DNA of 64,000 nucleotides from Gemmata sp. (GTDB taxonomy: Bacteria > Planctomycetota > Planctomycetia > Gemmatales > Gemmataceae), in the NCBI GenBank assembly GCA_041740855.1, contig JBGSLF010000195.1, positions 11,384-75,383 on the forward strand. Direction: 5' to 3'. The notes beneath the pieces were generated by a model. It was not told the origin of the DNA and made no database searches. It saw only the letters and a program-made list of their open reading frames with translations. Positions 28,682-37,058 of the stretch are shown piece after piece (position 1 is the stretch's first letter; each line of letters begins with the position of its first letter). Both the position numbers and the translations under genes were made by a program.

Positions 28682-30862
28682 ATGCGAATGCGTTCCGGTT
28701 TCCTTTCCCTGCTCGCCGCGACTATCGGCACAGGATTAATTGGCTGTTATCGCCCCACCCTGCCTGAAGGTCAGGTGAAGGTTTCTTCGGGAACCAGTTC
28801 CGATGGGGCATTCAGTGCCACTTCACACATCCCAGACAATCCGAACGCAAATGTGGGTAACGGGCTGTTCCCACCGGCCGAGGCACCACCAACATTGCCG
28901 CCTCCGCGGATCAATTCGGAACCGATCATCATCCCGAATTGCACCGTGCAATACGAAGATCGCCAAACGGTTTCCGCAGAGGTTGACGGCAAGATCGATC
29001 TCATCGCAACGCAGATGAAAAAACGCCCCGATGGCATTTGGGAATACCGCCTGCCCGATGGCACGGTGGCGGCCACGCACGACCCCGCGAAGTTCGATCC
29101 GAAAAGCCCACACCCACGCATCGATTTCAACCCACGCGACAAGACCGCGTTCCGCGACACCCCCGCATCGTGGATCCCGTACTACAAGCTCCGCGAAGGC
29201 GATGTGGTGCTCGTCGATCAAGTGCTGTGCATGCTGGACGATTCCCTCGTGAGCACTCGCAAAGCTTCCGCTGCCAAGGTGAAGCTGGCTGCGTCCGAAG
29301 GGCAAGACGCCGCCCGCGAAGGTGTGCGACTCACCAAAGCAAAGATCGCGCTGTATGAGGGCAAGAATCTCGGCATCTCTCCACAAGATGTCTTGAACGA
29401 TCAGATCACCCTCACGCGTTTCGTCGAGAACCTGGCGCAATCGTTGCAGGCGATCGCCAAGGCCGAACAGGATTACGAAGAAGCCCAGGTCATGCTGGCC
29501 AAGCACTGGGTTCGCAGTCGTGTGAACGGCGTGATCCGGAACGTGGCGAAGCGGGATGGCGAATATGTGCGAGCCGGCGAAAAGATCTTCGAGGTGCAAT
29601 CCACGCAAACCGTGCGGCTCGAAGGGAACCTGGATGTCGGCTATTTCGATCAGGTGAAGCGCGACATGGCGGTGACCGTCGAGCGTGCGGTTCCCAGCGC
29701 GCCGGTGAAGTCGCACGCCTGGCATCGGCAGGAAATCGCCGCCGTCGCCGTGACCGGCCACTCGGAACGCCCCATGGTGGTGTCGGCCGGGATGGATGGC
29801 GTGGCGCTGGTGTGGGATCCCAATCTCAAAGGCGACAAGAACCGTTCCGCCACCCCGCATGCCTTGCCGCACCCGGTCGCCGTGCGATCGGTGGCTTGCA
29901 CTCCACCCGGAATCGACGTAGTTCTCGCCGTGACCGGTGCCGATGACGGGAAAGTGCGTGTCTGGGATCTGGCTAACCCAGATATGTTGCCCAACAAACC
30001 CGCACGCGAACCGGCCGACATTCACTCATCCGGTGTTGCCGCCGTCAGCATCAGCCCGGATGGAAAATTCGCCGTTACCGCAGCCGGGCGTGAAGTGTTC
30101 ATCTGGGATTTGGCAGCGGGCAAGAAGATGTACGCCCTGCCAGATGCGCACCGCGACAGCGTGACTTCGCTCTCGTTTTCTCCGCAGGCCGAGTTGGTGA
30201 CCGTCTCGAAGGATCGCACCCTGAAGCGATGGAAGCTCGGCAAGGAACAGGCCGCCGTGGCCCAGACCATCGATCACCGGTCCGGCGCGGTCGATATTCT
30301 CGGCGTTAGCCCCGATGGGAGCCGCGTGCTGTTCGACCAGGATAAATCGCGCATCGATCTGTTGAACCTGCAAGATGGCCGAACCGTCGGGCAGCTTACC
30401 AATGTCGGCCCAAGTGTGGCGTTCTCCACTCTGGCGCTGTTTTCCCACGATTTCGCGGAACCCAACACACCGCCCGAAAAATTCCCGCCTTACATGATCG
30501 TGACAGCGGGTGGCGATGGCGATTTGAAGGGCGGGCTGCAGGTGTGGCAAGCCCCGCGAGCAGGCGGACGCGGTGCGGAGGTTGCCCGACTCATCACGCC
30601 GGGCCGCGTGGCGGTGACCAGTGCCGCCTTTAGCCCGCACAAGAACGCACGCTTTCTGGTTGTTGGCACTGCCGCGGGAACCATTCATCTCTGGACGCCA
30701 CCCGAGGGGCCAGCACCGAAGATCGAAGGGCGAATTACCAACATCGACTCAACCGATCCTCGTTACGTCACAGTTCGTGTGGAGATGAATAACCGCGACG
30801 TGGGCTTGCTCGACCGCAGCGCCGCCACGGTTATCGTTAACCCCATCAGTAATGGCCAGTAA
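28682..30862 (+). CDS. lipoprotein: HlyD-type membrane fusion domain fused to a WD40 beta-propeller, 726 aa
   Basis: GGAGGA RBS 7 nt upstream. Lipobox LIGC. Lipoyl halves (VSAEVDGKIDLIA; RVNGVIRNVAKRDGEYVRAGEKIFEV) flank a coiled coil. About seven WD repeats follow (DGVALVWD, DGKVRVWD, REVFIWD, GTIHLWT). Confidence 0.85.
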   Translation: MRMRSGFLSLLAATIGTGLIGCYRPTLPEGQVKVSSGTSSDGAFSATSHIPDNPNANVGNGLFPPAEAPPTLPPPRINSEPIIIPNCTVQYEDRQTVSAEVDGKIDLIATQMKKRPDGIWEYRLPDGTVAATHDPAKFDPKSPHPRIDFNPRDKTAFRDTPASWIPYYKLREGDVVLVDQVLCMLDDSLVSTRKASAAKVKLAASEGQDAAREGVRLTKAKIALYEGKNLGISPQDVLNDQITLTRFVENLAQSLQAIAKAEQDYEEAQVMLAKHWVRSRVNGVIRNVAKRDGEYVRAGEKIFEVQSTQTVRLEGNLDVGYFDQVKRDMAVTVERAVPSAPVKSHAWHRQEIAAVAVTGHSERPMVVSAGMDGVALVWDPNLKGDKNRSATPHALPHPVAVRSVACTPPGIDVVLAVTGADDGKVRVWDLANPDMLPNKPAREPADIHSSGVAAVSISPDGKFAVTAAGREVFIWDLAAGKKMYALPDAHRDSVTSLSFSPQAELVTVSKDRTLKRWKLGKEQAAVAQTIDHRSGAVDILGVSPDGSRVLFDQDKSRIDLLNLQDGRTVGQLTNVGPSVAFSTLALFSHDFAEPNTPPEKFPPYMIVTAGGDGDLKGGLQVWQAPRAGGRGAEVARLITPGRVAVTSAAFSPHKNARFLVVGTAAGTIHLWTPPEGPAPKIEGRITNIDSTDPRYVTVRVEMNNRDVGLLDRSAATVIVNPISNGQ

Positions 30863-30972
30863 TTAGCCTGCGTGCGGTGGTGTGTGCGTCACATGAGCCT
30901 TCTGGCTTCTGTTAAGCGCAAACCACCGCAGGGCATTCTGTATCGACCACCCCTGATGCACTGGCCATTTCC

Positions 30973-33228
30973 ATGAACGCCGAAACCGAAAACCTCAACG
31001 ACCCGGCCGAGCGGCGCAAATCCGTCCGGCTGAAGGTGCGGCCCGATCTGCAGGTGTATGAGCAAAAGTACGAGGGGAAGACGTACCACGTTGTCAAAGA
31101 CCCCGTGTGCTTGCGTTACTACCGCTTTAACCGACAAGAATACTTTGTGTTCCGCCTGTTCGATGGAGAACACACGCTGGAACAAGTGCGCGATGAATTC
31201 GAGAACGAATACACGCCGCACCGATTGGAGTATCAGGATCTGGAAGTGTTCGCGCGCCAGTTGGTAACGGCTGGCCTCGTGCAGCACGAACAACAGGGTG
31301 CCGGCCGGCATTTGTATCAGCGCCGCGACAAACAGCGACGCACGAAGCGGCTAACGGCGATGACCAACATCCTCTACCTCAAGATCCCGGTGTTCGACCC
31401 GGACCGGATCTTGAACTGGATGTACAAATACACTGCGTGGATCTTCACCACCTGGTTCTTGTTTCTGAGCGTGGCGTTCATTTGCTCCGCCATCGTCCAT
31501 GTGCTGCTGCACTTCGATACCTTCTATGCCCGCTTGCCCGCATACCAGGAGTTCTTCACCTGGAACTCGGTGCTGTATATCTGGCTATCGCTTGGCGTGG
31601 TGAAGATTATCCACGAGTTCGGGCACGGGCTGAGTTGTAAGGCGTTTGGCGGCGAAAGCCATGAGATGGGGCTACTGCTGATGTGCCTCAGCCCTTGCTT
31701 GTATTGCAACGTGACGGACGCCTGGACACTCGCAGATAAGTGGAAGCGAATCATCATCAGCTTCGCCGGCATCTACGTTGAACTCATGATTGCCGCCGCG
31801 GCCACGTTCGTGTGGTGGTATACGCCGCAATACCCGGTGGTGAACAACATCGCGCTTTGCGTCATGGTGTTGTGCTCGGTCTCGACGGTGCTATTCAACG
31901 CCAACCCGCTCATGAAGTTCGATGGCTACTACATTTTGTCCGACTGGCTCGAAGTGCCCAATCTTCGAGAGAAGGCCAACAAGTTCGTAAACAATTTGTT
32001 CATATCGAAGGCACTGGGAATCGAAGTGCCGCCCGAGCCATATATGGCTCCGTGGCGAAAGTGGATGTTCGTCCTTTTCGCCGTTGCGAGTTGGGTGTAT
32101 CGCTGGGTGATCATGTTCAGCATCCTCTGGATGTTGTCCGACTTGCTCGGGCCACAACTCAAGATTCTTAGCCAGATGCTCGCGCTGGTTTGTCTGGCGT
32201 CGATATTTGTCTGGCCCACATACCGAGTCTTCAAGAACATTCGTCAACGAGGGCGGCTACCAGACATGAAAGCAACACGCGTCTATACCACGCTCGCAAT
32301 CGTTAGCGGGTTAACGGCTGCGTTCTTCTTCCTTCCGCTTCCGATTAGTCGAATCCGCGACACCGGGCTAATCGTGATCGACTACAGTTCCGTCGAGACG
32401 ATTGCCCTCGAAGAACCGGCTCGCTTGCTGGTGACCGAAGTGAAGCCCGGCCAGTTCGTCACCAAGGGGCAAGTGCTTGGCCGCTTCCGCAGCGACGATC
32501 TGGAGTTGGAACTCGATCGCGTGACCAAAGCCCGCGAGGGGCAGTTGCAAGCCGCGAAGCAGTACGAAGCCGCGATCTCGGCGGCGCGGGTGGAAGGCGA
32601 TGAACCTGCGGTGAAACGCTACACGCTCGAAGCGGAGTTTGCCCGCCATCGAGCGGATGCGGCACAGGAGCAACTGCTGGCGCTCACGGCTCGCTGGAAT
32701 GCGATTCGCGAACTCAAAGCGCCGCGCGATGGCGTGGTGGTTGCCGCTCCTTCACCCGACGACCGCGGCAAACTCTTTGATCGCGGCTATGTGGAAGCGG
32801 AACCGCTCTTTTCCGTGGGCGATCCAAACAAGCTCCTGATCCGCGTTCCGGTCTCCCCGCCCGACTACCGACTTCTGAAAGATGACCTGGCGGAGCTGAA
32901 AGAACTGGATGCCACCATTCTGGTAAAGGGTCGCAGCGATCGTCAATTCGCCGGAAAGGTCCGCAGGCTCCCGCCGCAGAATGCGAGCACTGTGCCCATC
33001 CAGTTGACTCAACGCGGCGGCGGGCCACTCGCGGTCAAGCCCGGCGGCGACCCCAACATCCTGCAACCGCTGGCCCAGGTCTATCTCATCGATGTGGAAG
33101 TTCTCGACCCCGACAAGGCGATTGATCCCGGCCAGCACGCCGTGGTGAAAATCCACACGAAGTGGCGAAGCGCCGCGTGGTGGCTTGGCCGCACCATTGC
33201 CAATGCCCTGGATGTCGGCCTCTATTGA
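30973..33228 (+). CDS. PqqD-like domain / M50 site-2-protease-like membrane domain / HlyD-type membrane fusion domain, 751 aa
   Basis: The N-terminal segment YYRFNRQEYFVFRLFDGEHTLEQVRDEF resembles PqqD-family domains. HEFGH at 31612-31626. Second S2P motif NANPLMKFDGYY. Multiple TM helices. C-terminal lipoyl/coiled-coil/barrel region ending KIHTKWRSAAWWLG (compare HlyD EIKTGMRSVISYLL). Confidence 0.85.
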   Translation: MNAETENLNDPAERRKSVRLKVRPDLQVYEQKYEGKTYHVVKDPVCLRYYRFNRQEYFVFRLFDGEHTLEQVRDEFENEYTPHRLEYQDLEVFARQLVTAGLVQHEQQGAGRHLYQRRDKQRRTKRLTAMTNILYLKIPVFDPDRILNWMYKYTAWIFTTWFLFLSVAFICSAIVHVLLHFDTFYARLPAYQEFFTWNSVLYIWLSLGVVKIIHEFGHGLSCKAFGGESHEMGLLLMCLSPCLYCNVTDAWTLADKWKRIIISFAGIYVELMIAAAATFVWWYTPQYPVVNNIALCVMVLCSVSTVLFNANPLMKFDGYYILSDWLEVPNLREKANKFVNNLFISKALGIEVPPEPYMAPWRKWMFVLFAVASWVYRWVIMFSILWMLSDLLGPQLKILSQMLALVCLASIFVWPTYRVFKNIRQRGRLPDMKATRVYTTLAIVSGLTAAFFFLPLPISRIRDTGLIVIDYSSVETIALEEPARLLVTEVKPGQFVTKGQVLGRFRSDDLELELDRVTKAREGQLQAAKQYEAAISAARVEGDEPAVKRYTLEAEFARHRADAAQEQLLALTARWNAIRELKAPRDGVVVAAPSPDDRGKLFDRGYVEAEPLFSVGDPNKLLIRVPVSPPDYRLLKDDLAELKELDATILVKGRSDRQFAGKVRRLPPQNASTVPIQLTQRGGGPLAVKPGGDPNILQPLAQVYLIDVEVLDPDKAIDPGQHAVVKIHTKWRSAAWWLGRTIANALDVGLY

Positions 33229-33264
33229 GCGCGAAGAGATTGCGATTGAGATTCTGTGATGACG

Positions 33265-33317
33265 GAGCCTGGAAGTCGGCGGATAATCACCGTCGCACTC
33301 CAGGCTCTTTCTTTTTC
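33265..33317 (+). terminator. intrinsic terminator closing the three-gene cluster
   Basis: Outer stem gagcctgga / tccaggctc enclosing an imperfect extended stem, followed by tttctttttc. Confidence 0.7.
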
Positions 33318-33335
33318 CTCACCCGAGGTATCGCC

Positions 33336-35114
33336 ATGCGTTACTTCCTGCCACTGTTCTTTCTGCTGCCGGCGGCATCGCTCGCCCAACAACCCAAGCA
33401 GCCGCAATCGGCCGCGCCTTTGCCGCGGGTGCTGTTCATGGGCGATTCCATTCGCCTGGGATACACCCCGGTTGCGACCAAGAAGTTAGATGGTATCGCC
33501 GAGGTGTTCAGCTTCCCTCAAAATGGTGGCGATACCAACGCAACACTCAAGCAACTGGAAGGCTGGTTGAAGGACGCGAAGCCGCCCTTCGACAAAGCGA
33601 GTTCCGAAACATCGCCGCTCATCGTGCACTTCAACTGCGGGCTGCACGACTTGAAGTTCATGAAGAAGACCAACGCCTTCCAGGTGCCGTTGGAGGAATA
33701 CGAAAAGAACCTCCGCACGATTGTGAAGTTATTGAAGGGACACACCCCGCACGTGATCTTCGCCAATACCACGCCCATCATCGATGAACGCCACGCCGGG
33801 CGGAAAGCGGACTTCGATCGTTTCGACAAAGACGTGAAGGCGTTCAACGAACGTGCGGTAAAGGTCATGCAAGAACTCGCCATCCCGGTGAACGACCTGA
33901 ACCGTATTGTTCACGATGGCGGTGCGGCGGAAATGCTTGGCAAGGACGGGACGCACTACACACCTGCCGGCAATGAGCGACTCGCGGCGGCTGTCGCGGA
34001 TGTGATAAAGCGGCAACTGCGATTGTTGCGGCCCACGGTGTTGAAGACTCCCGCGAAAGGTGCGGAGGCCGCGAAGGCGTATCAGGAAGCGGAAGCGGCG
34101 AACGACAAACTCGTGCCCGAACCGTTCAAGAAGATCAAGGTGCCGGAATTCTCGGTGCCAGCATCGAAGGACGACTGGGAGAAGCGGCGTGCCGATGTGA
34201 AAGCGAAAGTCGTGGCGTCGCTCGGCGATCTGCCACCGCGACCGGCGAAGCCAGCCGCACATCTGGTATCGGCCGAGATTCACCCAGGCTTCCGGCTCGA
34301 ACGCCTTCGCATCGATAACGGCGTGGATGGTGTCATGTCCGCGCTGATGCTCATCCCGGATGGCTTGAAAGCACCAGCACCCACAATCTTCTGGCTTCAC
34401 TCATCCAGCTACGATCACCACCACTTATTGCAGCCGAACTCCAATGGCGGCGAAGAACCGCTCGGCATCACGTTCGTCAAACGCGGCTGGGTGGTGTTCG
34501 CATCGGATGCGGCTTGGTATGGCGATCGCGCGGGGCAGGGGCCAGCGGGATTGCGTGAGTTAACGCGCGAACAGCAAGATAGCTTGCAGAAGTACCACCT
34601 CTGGTTTGGCCGCACGCTCTGGGGGATGTTCGTGCGCGACGATCAAGTCGCACTCGATTACCTCTGCACTCGGCCCGAGGTGAATACCGCGAAGATCGGC
34701 GCGACCGGCATCAGCATGGGCAGCACGCGAAGTTGGTGGTTGGCGGCGGTCGATGATCGCATTGCCGCCCTGGTGGGTGTGGCTTGCCTCACACGCTACG
34801 AGAATCTGCTGCACCACGGGCAACTACGGGCACACGGCCATTACTACTTCGTCAACGGTATCTTGAAACACTTCGATACCGAAGCGGTAATCTCGCTCAT
34901 CGCCCCGCGACCGCTGTTGTTCCTCACCGGCGATCTCGATGCTGGTAGCCCGGCCGATGGCATCAAGGTGATCGAGGCCAAGGTGGGAAGCCTGTACAAA
35001 GCGATTGGTGCGGAAGCCCAGTTCAAGAACATTCTGTATGAAGGTGTGGGGCACACTTACACGCCCGAGATGCGGAAGGAAATGCTCGCCTGGTTCGATC
35101 AGTGGTTGAAGTAA
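33336..35114 (+). CDS. secreted bifunctional hydrolase: SGNH/GDSL esterase domain fused to alpha/beta hydrolase domain
   Basis: Start at MRYFLPLFFLLPAASLAQQ (signal peptide). FMGDSIRLGY is the GDS block. The C-terminal half has GISMGSTRSW (GxSxG) and a terminal GVGHTY. The ORF extension back to 33162 was rejected. Confidence 0.8.
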   Translation: MRYFLPLFFLLPAASLAQQPKQPQSAAPLPRVLFMGDSIRLGYTPVATKKLDGIAEVFSFPQNGGDTNATLKQLEGWLKDAKPPFDKASSETSPLIVHFNCGLHDLKFMKKTNAFQVPLEEYEKNLRTIVKLLKGHTPHVIFANTTPIIDERHAGRKADFDRFDKDVKAFNERAVKVMQELAIPVNDLNRIVHDGGAAEMLGKDGTHYTPAGNERLAAAVADVIKRQLRLLRPTVLKTPAKGAEAAKAYQEAEAANDKLVPEPFKKIKVPEFSVPASKDDWEKRRADVKAKVVASLGDLPPRPAKPAAHLVSAEIHPGFRLERLRIDNGVDGVMSALMLIPDGLKAPAPTIFWLHSSSYDHHHLLQPNSNGGEEPLGITFVKRGWVVFASDAAWYGDRAGQGPAGLRELTREQQDSLQKYHLWFGRTLWGMFVRDDQVALDYLCTRPEVNTAKIGATGISMGSTRSWWLAAVDDRIAALVGVACLTRYENLLHHGQLRAHGHYYFVNGILKHFDTEAVISLIAPRPLLFLTGDLDAGSPADGIKVIEAKVGSLYKAIGAEAQFKNILYEGVGHTYTPEMRKEMLAWFDQWLK

Positions 35115-35130
35115 GAACTGGCGAAACCGT

Positions 35131-35283
35131 GACGTGTGGCATCTTACTTCTGTTCTTCGTTTTGAAATCTGCGTCATCTGTGTAATCTGCGGATAACTTG
35201 TCTTTGGTTTTTAAGAGTTATCCGCAGATTACGCAGATTACACAGATTGAAAATCACAAGACAAACAGCAGAGATCAACGAGG
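35131..35283. repeat. long imperfect palindromic intergenic element, copy 1
   Basis: The left arm (aatctgcgtcatctgtgtaatctgcggataact) pairs with the right arm (agttatccgcagattacgcagattacacagatt) around a T-rich loop. The region is AT-rich relative to its surroundings. Confidence 0.85.
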
Positions 35284-35292
35284 CCACATCCT

Positions 35293-35437
35293 GACGTGTC
35301 ACTTCTGCTCTTTGTTTTGAAATCTGCGTCTTCTGTGTCATCTGTGGATCATTCGGTTTTGGTTTTTAAGAGTTATCTGCAGATTACATAGATTTGAAAT
35401 CACAAGACAAAGAACAGACAGCAAAGAGACTCGTGAG
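35293..35437. repeat. long imperfect palindromic intergenic element, copy 2 (diverged)
   Basis: Begins with the same gacgtgt and is colinear with copy 1. By-eye alignment suggests roughly four fifths identity. The left arm is more degenerate. Confidence 0.8.
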
Positions 35438-35466
35438 GTGTGCGTCGCATTTGTTATACTGATCGC

Positions 35467-36093
35467 ATGTCCACACCATTCTATCGCAAGGCGCGCGGTC
35501 ACCTGACACGCCGCTGCCCGGTGATGAAGCGGATCATCGCAACCGTTGGGCCATGCACGCTTGTGCCCGATACCGGCGATCCGTTCACACAACTGGTGCG
35601 GGCCGTTATCGCGCAACAAATTTCAACGCTTGCGGCGCGATCGATCTTCAAGAAACTCGCAACGCGGGTGAACGGACCGCCGGTGCCGATGGCAGCGCTC
35701 GCCAACCTGAGCGACGATGCCCTTCAAGAGTGCGGCCTTTCCGGTGCGAAGCGGCGAACGTTGCGTGCGATCGTTGATCACGTTAACGCGAACCCCGAAT
35801 TGCTAACCGATTTTGCGAACCACGACGACGATGCGATCCGCAAGAACTTGACGCAGATCAAAGGAATTGGCCCGTGGACCGCGGACATGTTCCTCATCTT
35901 TTCGCTCGGCCGTCCGGATGTGTTACCGGTCGGCGATTACGGGCTGAAAGCCGCGGTGCGGGCGGCATTCGAGCGGGACGAAATGCCCGGCGCGCAAGAG
36001 TTGCAAGCGATTGCCAAACCCTGGCAACCCTATCGCAGCATCGCAACGTGGTATCTCTGGCGAACCATTGATCCGCCAGTGCAATCGCAGTGA
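35467..36093 (+). CDS. DNA-3-methyladenine glycosylase II (AlkA-like, HhH-GPD)
   Basis: IKGIGPWTADMFLIFSLGRPDVLPVGDYGL is the HhH-GPD motif with the catalytic Asp. ATG at 35467. Confidence 0.85.
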   Translation: MSTPFYRKARGHLTRRCPVMKRIIATVGPCTLVPDTGDPFTQLVRAVIAQQISTLAARSIFKKLATRVNGPPVPMAALANLSDDALQECGLSGAKRRTLRAIVDHVNANPELLTDFANHDDDAIRKNLTQIKGIGPWTADMFLIFSLGRPDVLPVGDYGLKAAVRAAFERDEMPGAQELQAIAKPWQPYRSIATWYLWRTIDPPVQSQ

Positions 36094-36102
36094 TCGCACG
36101 GC

Positions 36103-36966
36103 TCAATGCAGCGGGTTTGGTGCCGGTGGTCCGGCGACTGGGAGCTTGAATCCGCACTGTTTACAGAACCGTGCATCGGAATCGTGCCCGGCTCGGTAGC
36201 ACTGCGGGCAAATGAAATCGTTGGTGAGCGAGCGAGCCGCACGATTCAATTCCACTGTCACAATCCCGGTCGGCACGGCGATGATGCTGTATCCGGTGAT
36301 CATCAGAAGCGATGCGAGAACGCGGCCAAGCGGCGTTTGCGGGGTGATGTCTCCGAATCCCACGGTTGTGAGCGTCACAACCGCCCAGTACAGGCTCGTG
36401 GGGATATCCGTGAAGCCGTTCTCTTCACCTTCAATGAGGTACATGAGCGAGGCCACGATGGTAAGAAGCGTTATCACAGCGAGCAAGAACACACCGATCT
36501 TTCGCCGACCCGCCCAGAGCGCATCGGTCAGCACGCGCGACTCGCGAAGGTATTCGGTTAGCTTCAGCACCCGGAAGATTCGCAGCACGCGAAGGAAGCG
36601 AACCACGACGAGTGTTTCGGTTCCCGGAAAGAACAAGCTCAGATACGTGGGCGAGATGGCGAGCACATCGATGATGCCAAAGAAACTGGTGGCATACACG
36701 AGCGGCCGACGCACACACACCAAACGCAAGAAATACTCCACGGTGAACAGCACGGTGAACGTCCATTCGATGGCGTGAAGTTGCACGCCGTAATCGGCGC
36801 GGAAACGCGGAATGCTCTCGATCATCACCACCAAAACACTCGCCACGATCAGCACGATAAGGATGATGTCGAACGCGCGGCCCGCGGGTGTGTCGGCCTT
36901 GAAGATGATGGTCCACAGCCACTTTCGCCAACCCGATTCCGCGCCGTTCTCGCTTGTGGTGAGCAT
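36103..36966 (-). CDS. voltage-gated potassium channel (6TM) with C-terminal zinc-ribbon
   Basis: S4-like VVRFLRVLRIFRVLKL, selectivity filter TTVGFGD, and C-terminal CPQCYRAGHDSDARFCKQCG. Confidence 0.85.
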   Translation of the reverse strand: MLTTSENGAESGWRKWLWTIIFKADTPAGRAFDIILIVLIVASVLVVMIESIPRFRADYGVQLHAIEWTFTVLFTVEYFLRLVCVRRPLVYATSFFGIIDVLAISPTYLSLFFPGTETLVVVRFLRVLRIFRVLKLTEYLRESRVLTDALWAGRRKIGVFLLAVITLLTIVASLMYLIEGEENGFTDIPTSLYWAVVTLTTVGFGDITPQTPLGRVLASLLMITGYSIIAVPTGIVTVELNRAARSLTNDFICPQCYRAGHDSDARFCKQCGFKLPVAGPPAPNPLH

Positions 36967-37058
36967 GCTGTTAACTCTCTACTTGTGTGGGTCGCGATCC
37001 GGCATCCTGGCCATACAATACTCGCACTTTCCGCCAATATCCCAAGGAGTCTCTCCCC

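Noticed and set aside
33162-33335. Upstream extension of the SGNH/alpha-beta hydrolase ORF
   Set aside because: It would run through the terminator at 33265-33317 and overlap the end of the preceding gene. A canonical signal peptide starts at the ATG at 33336.
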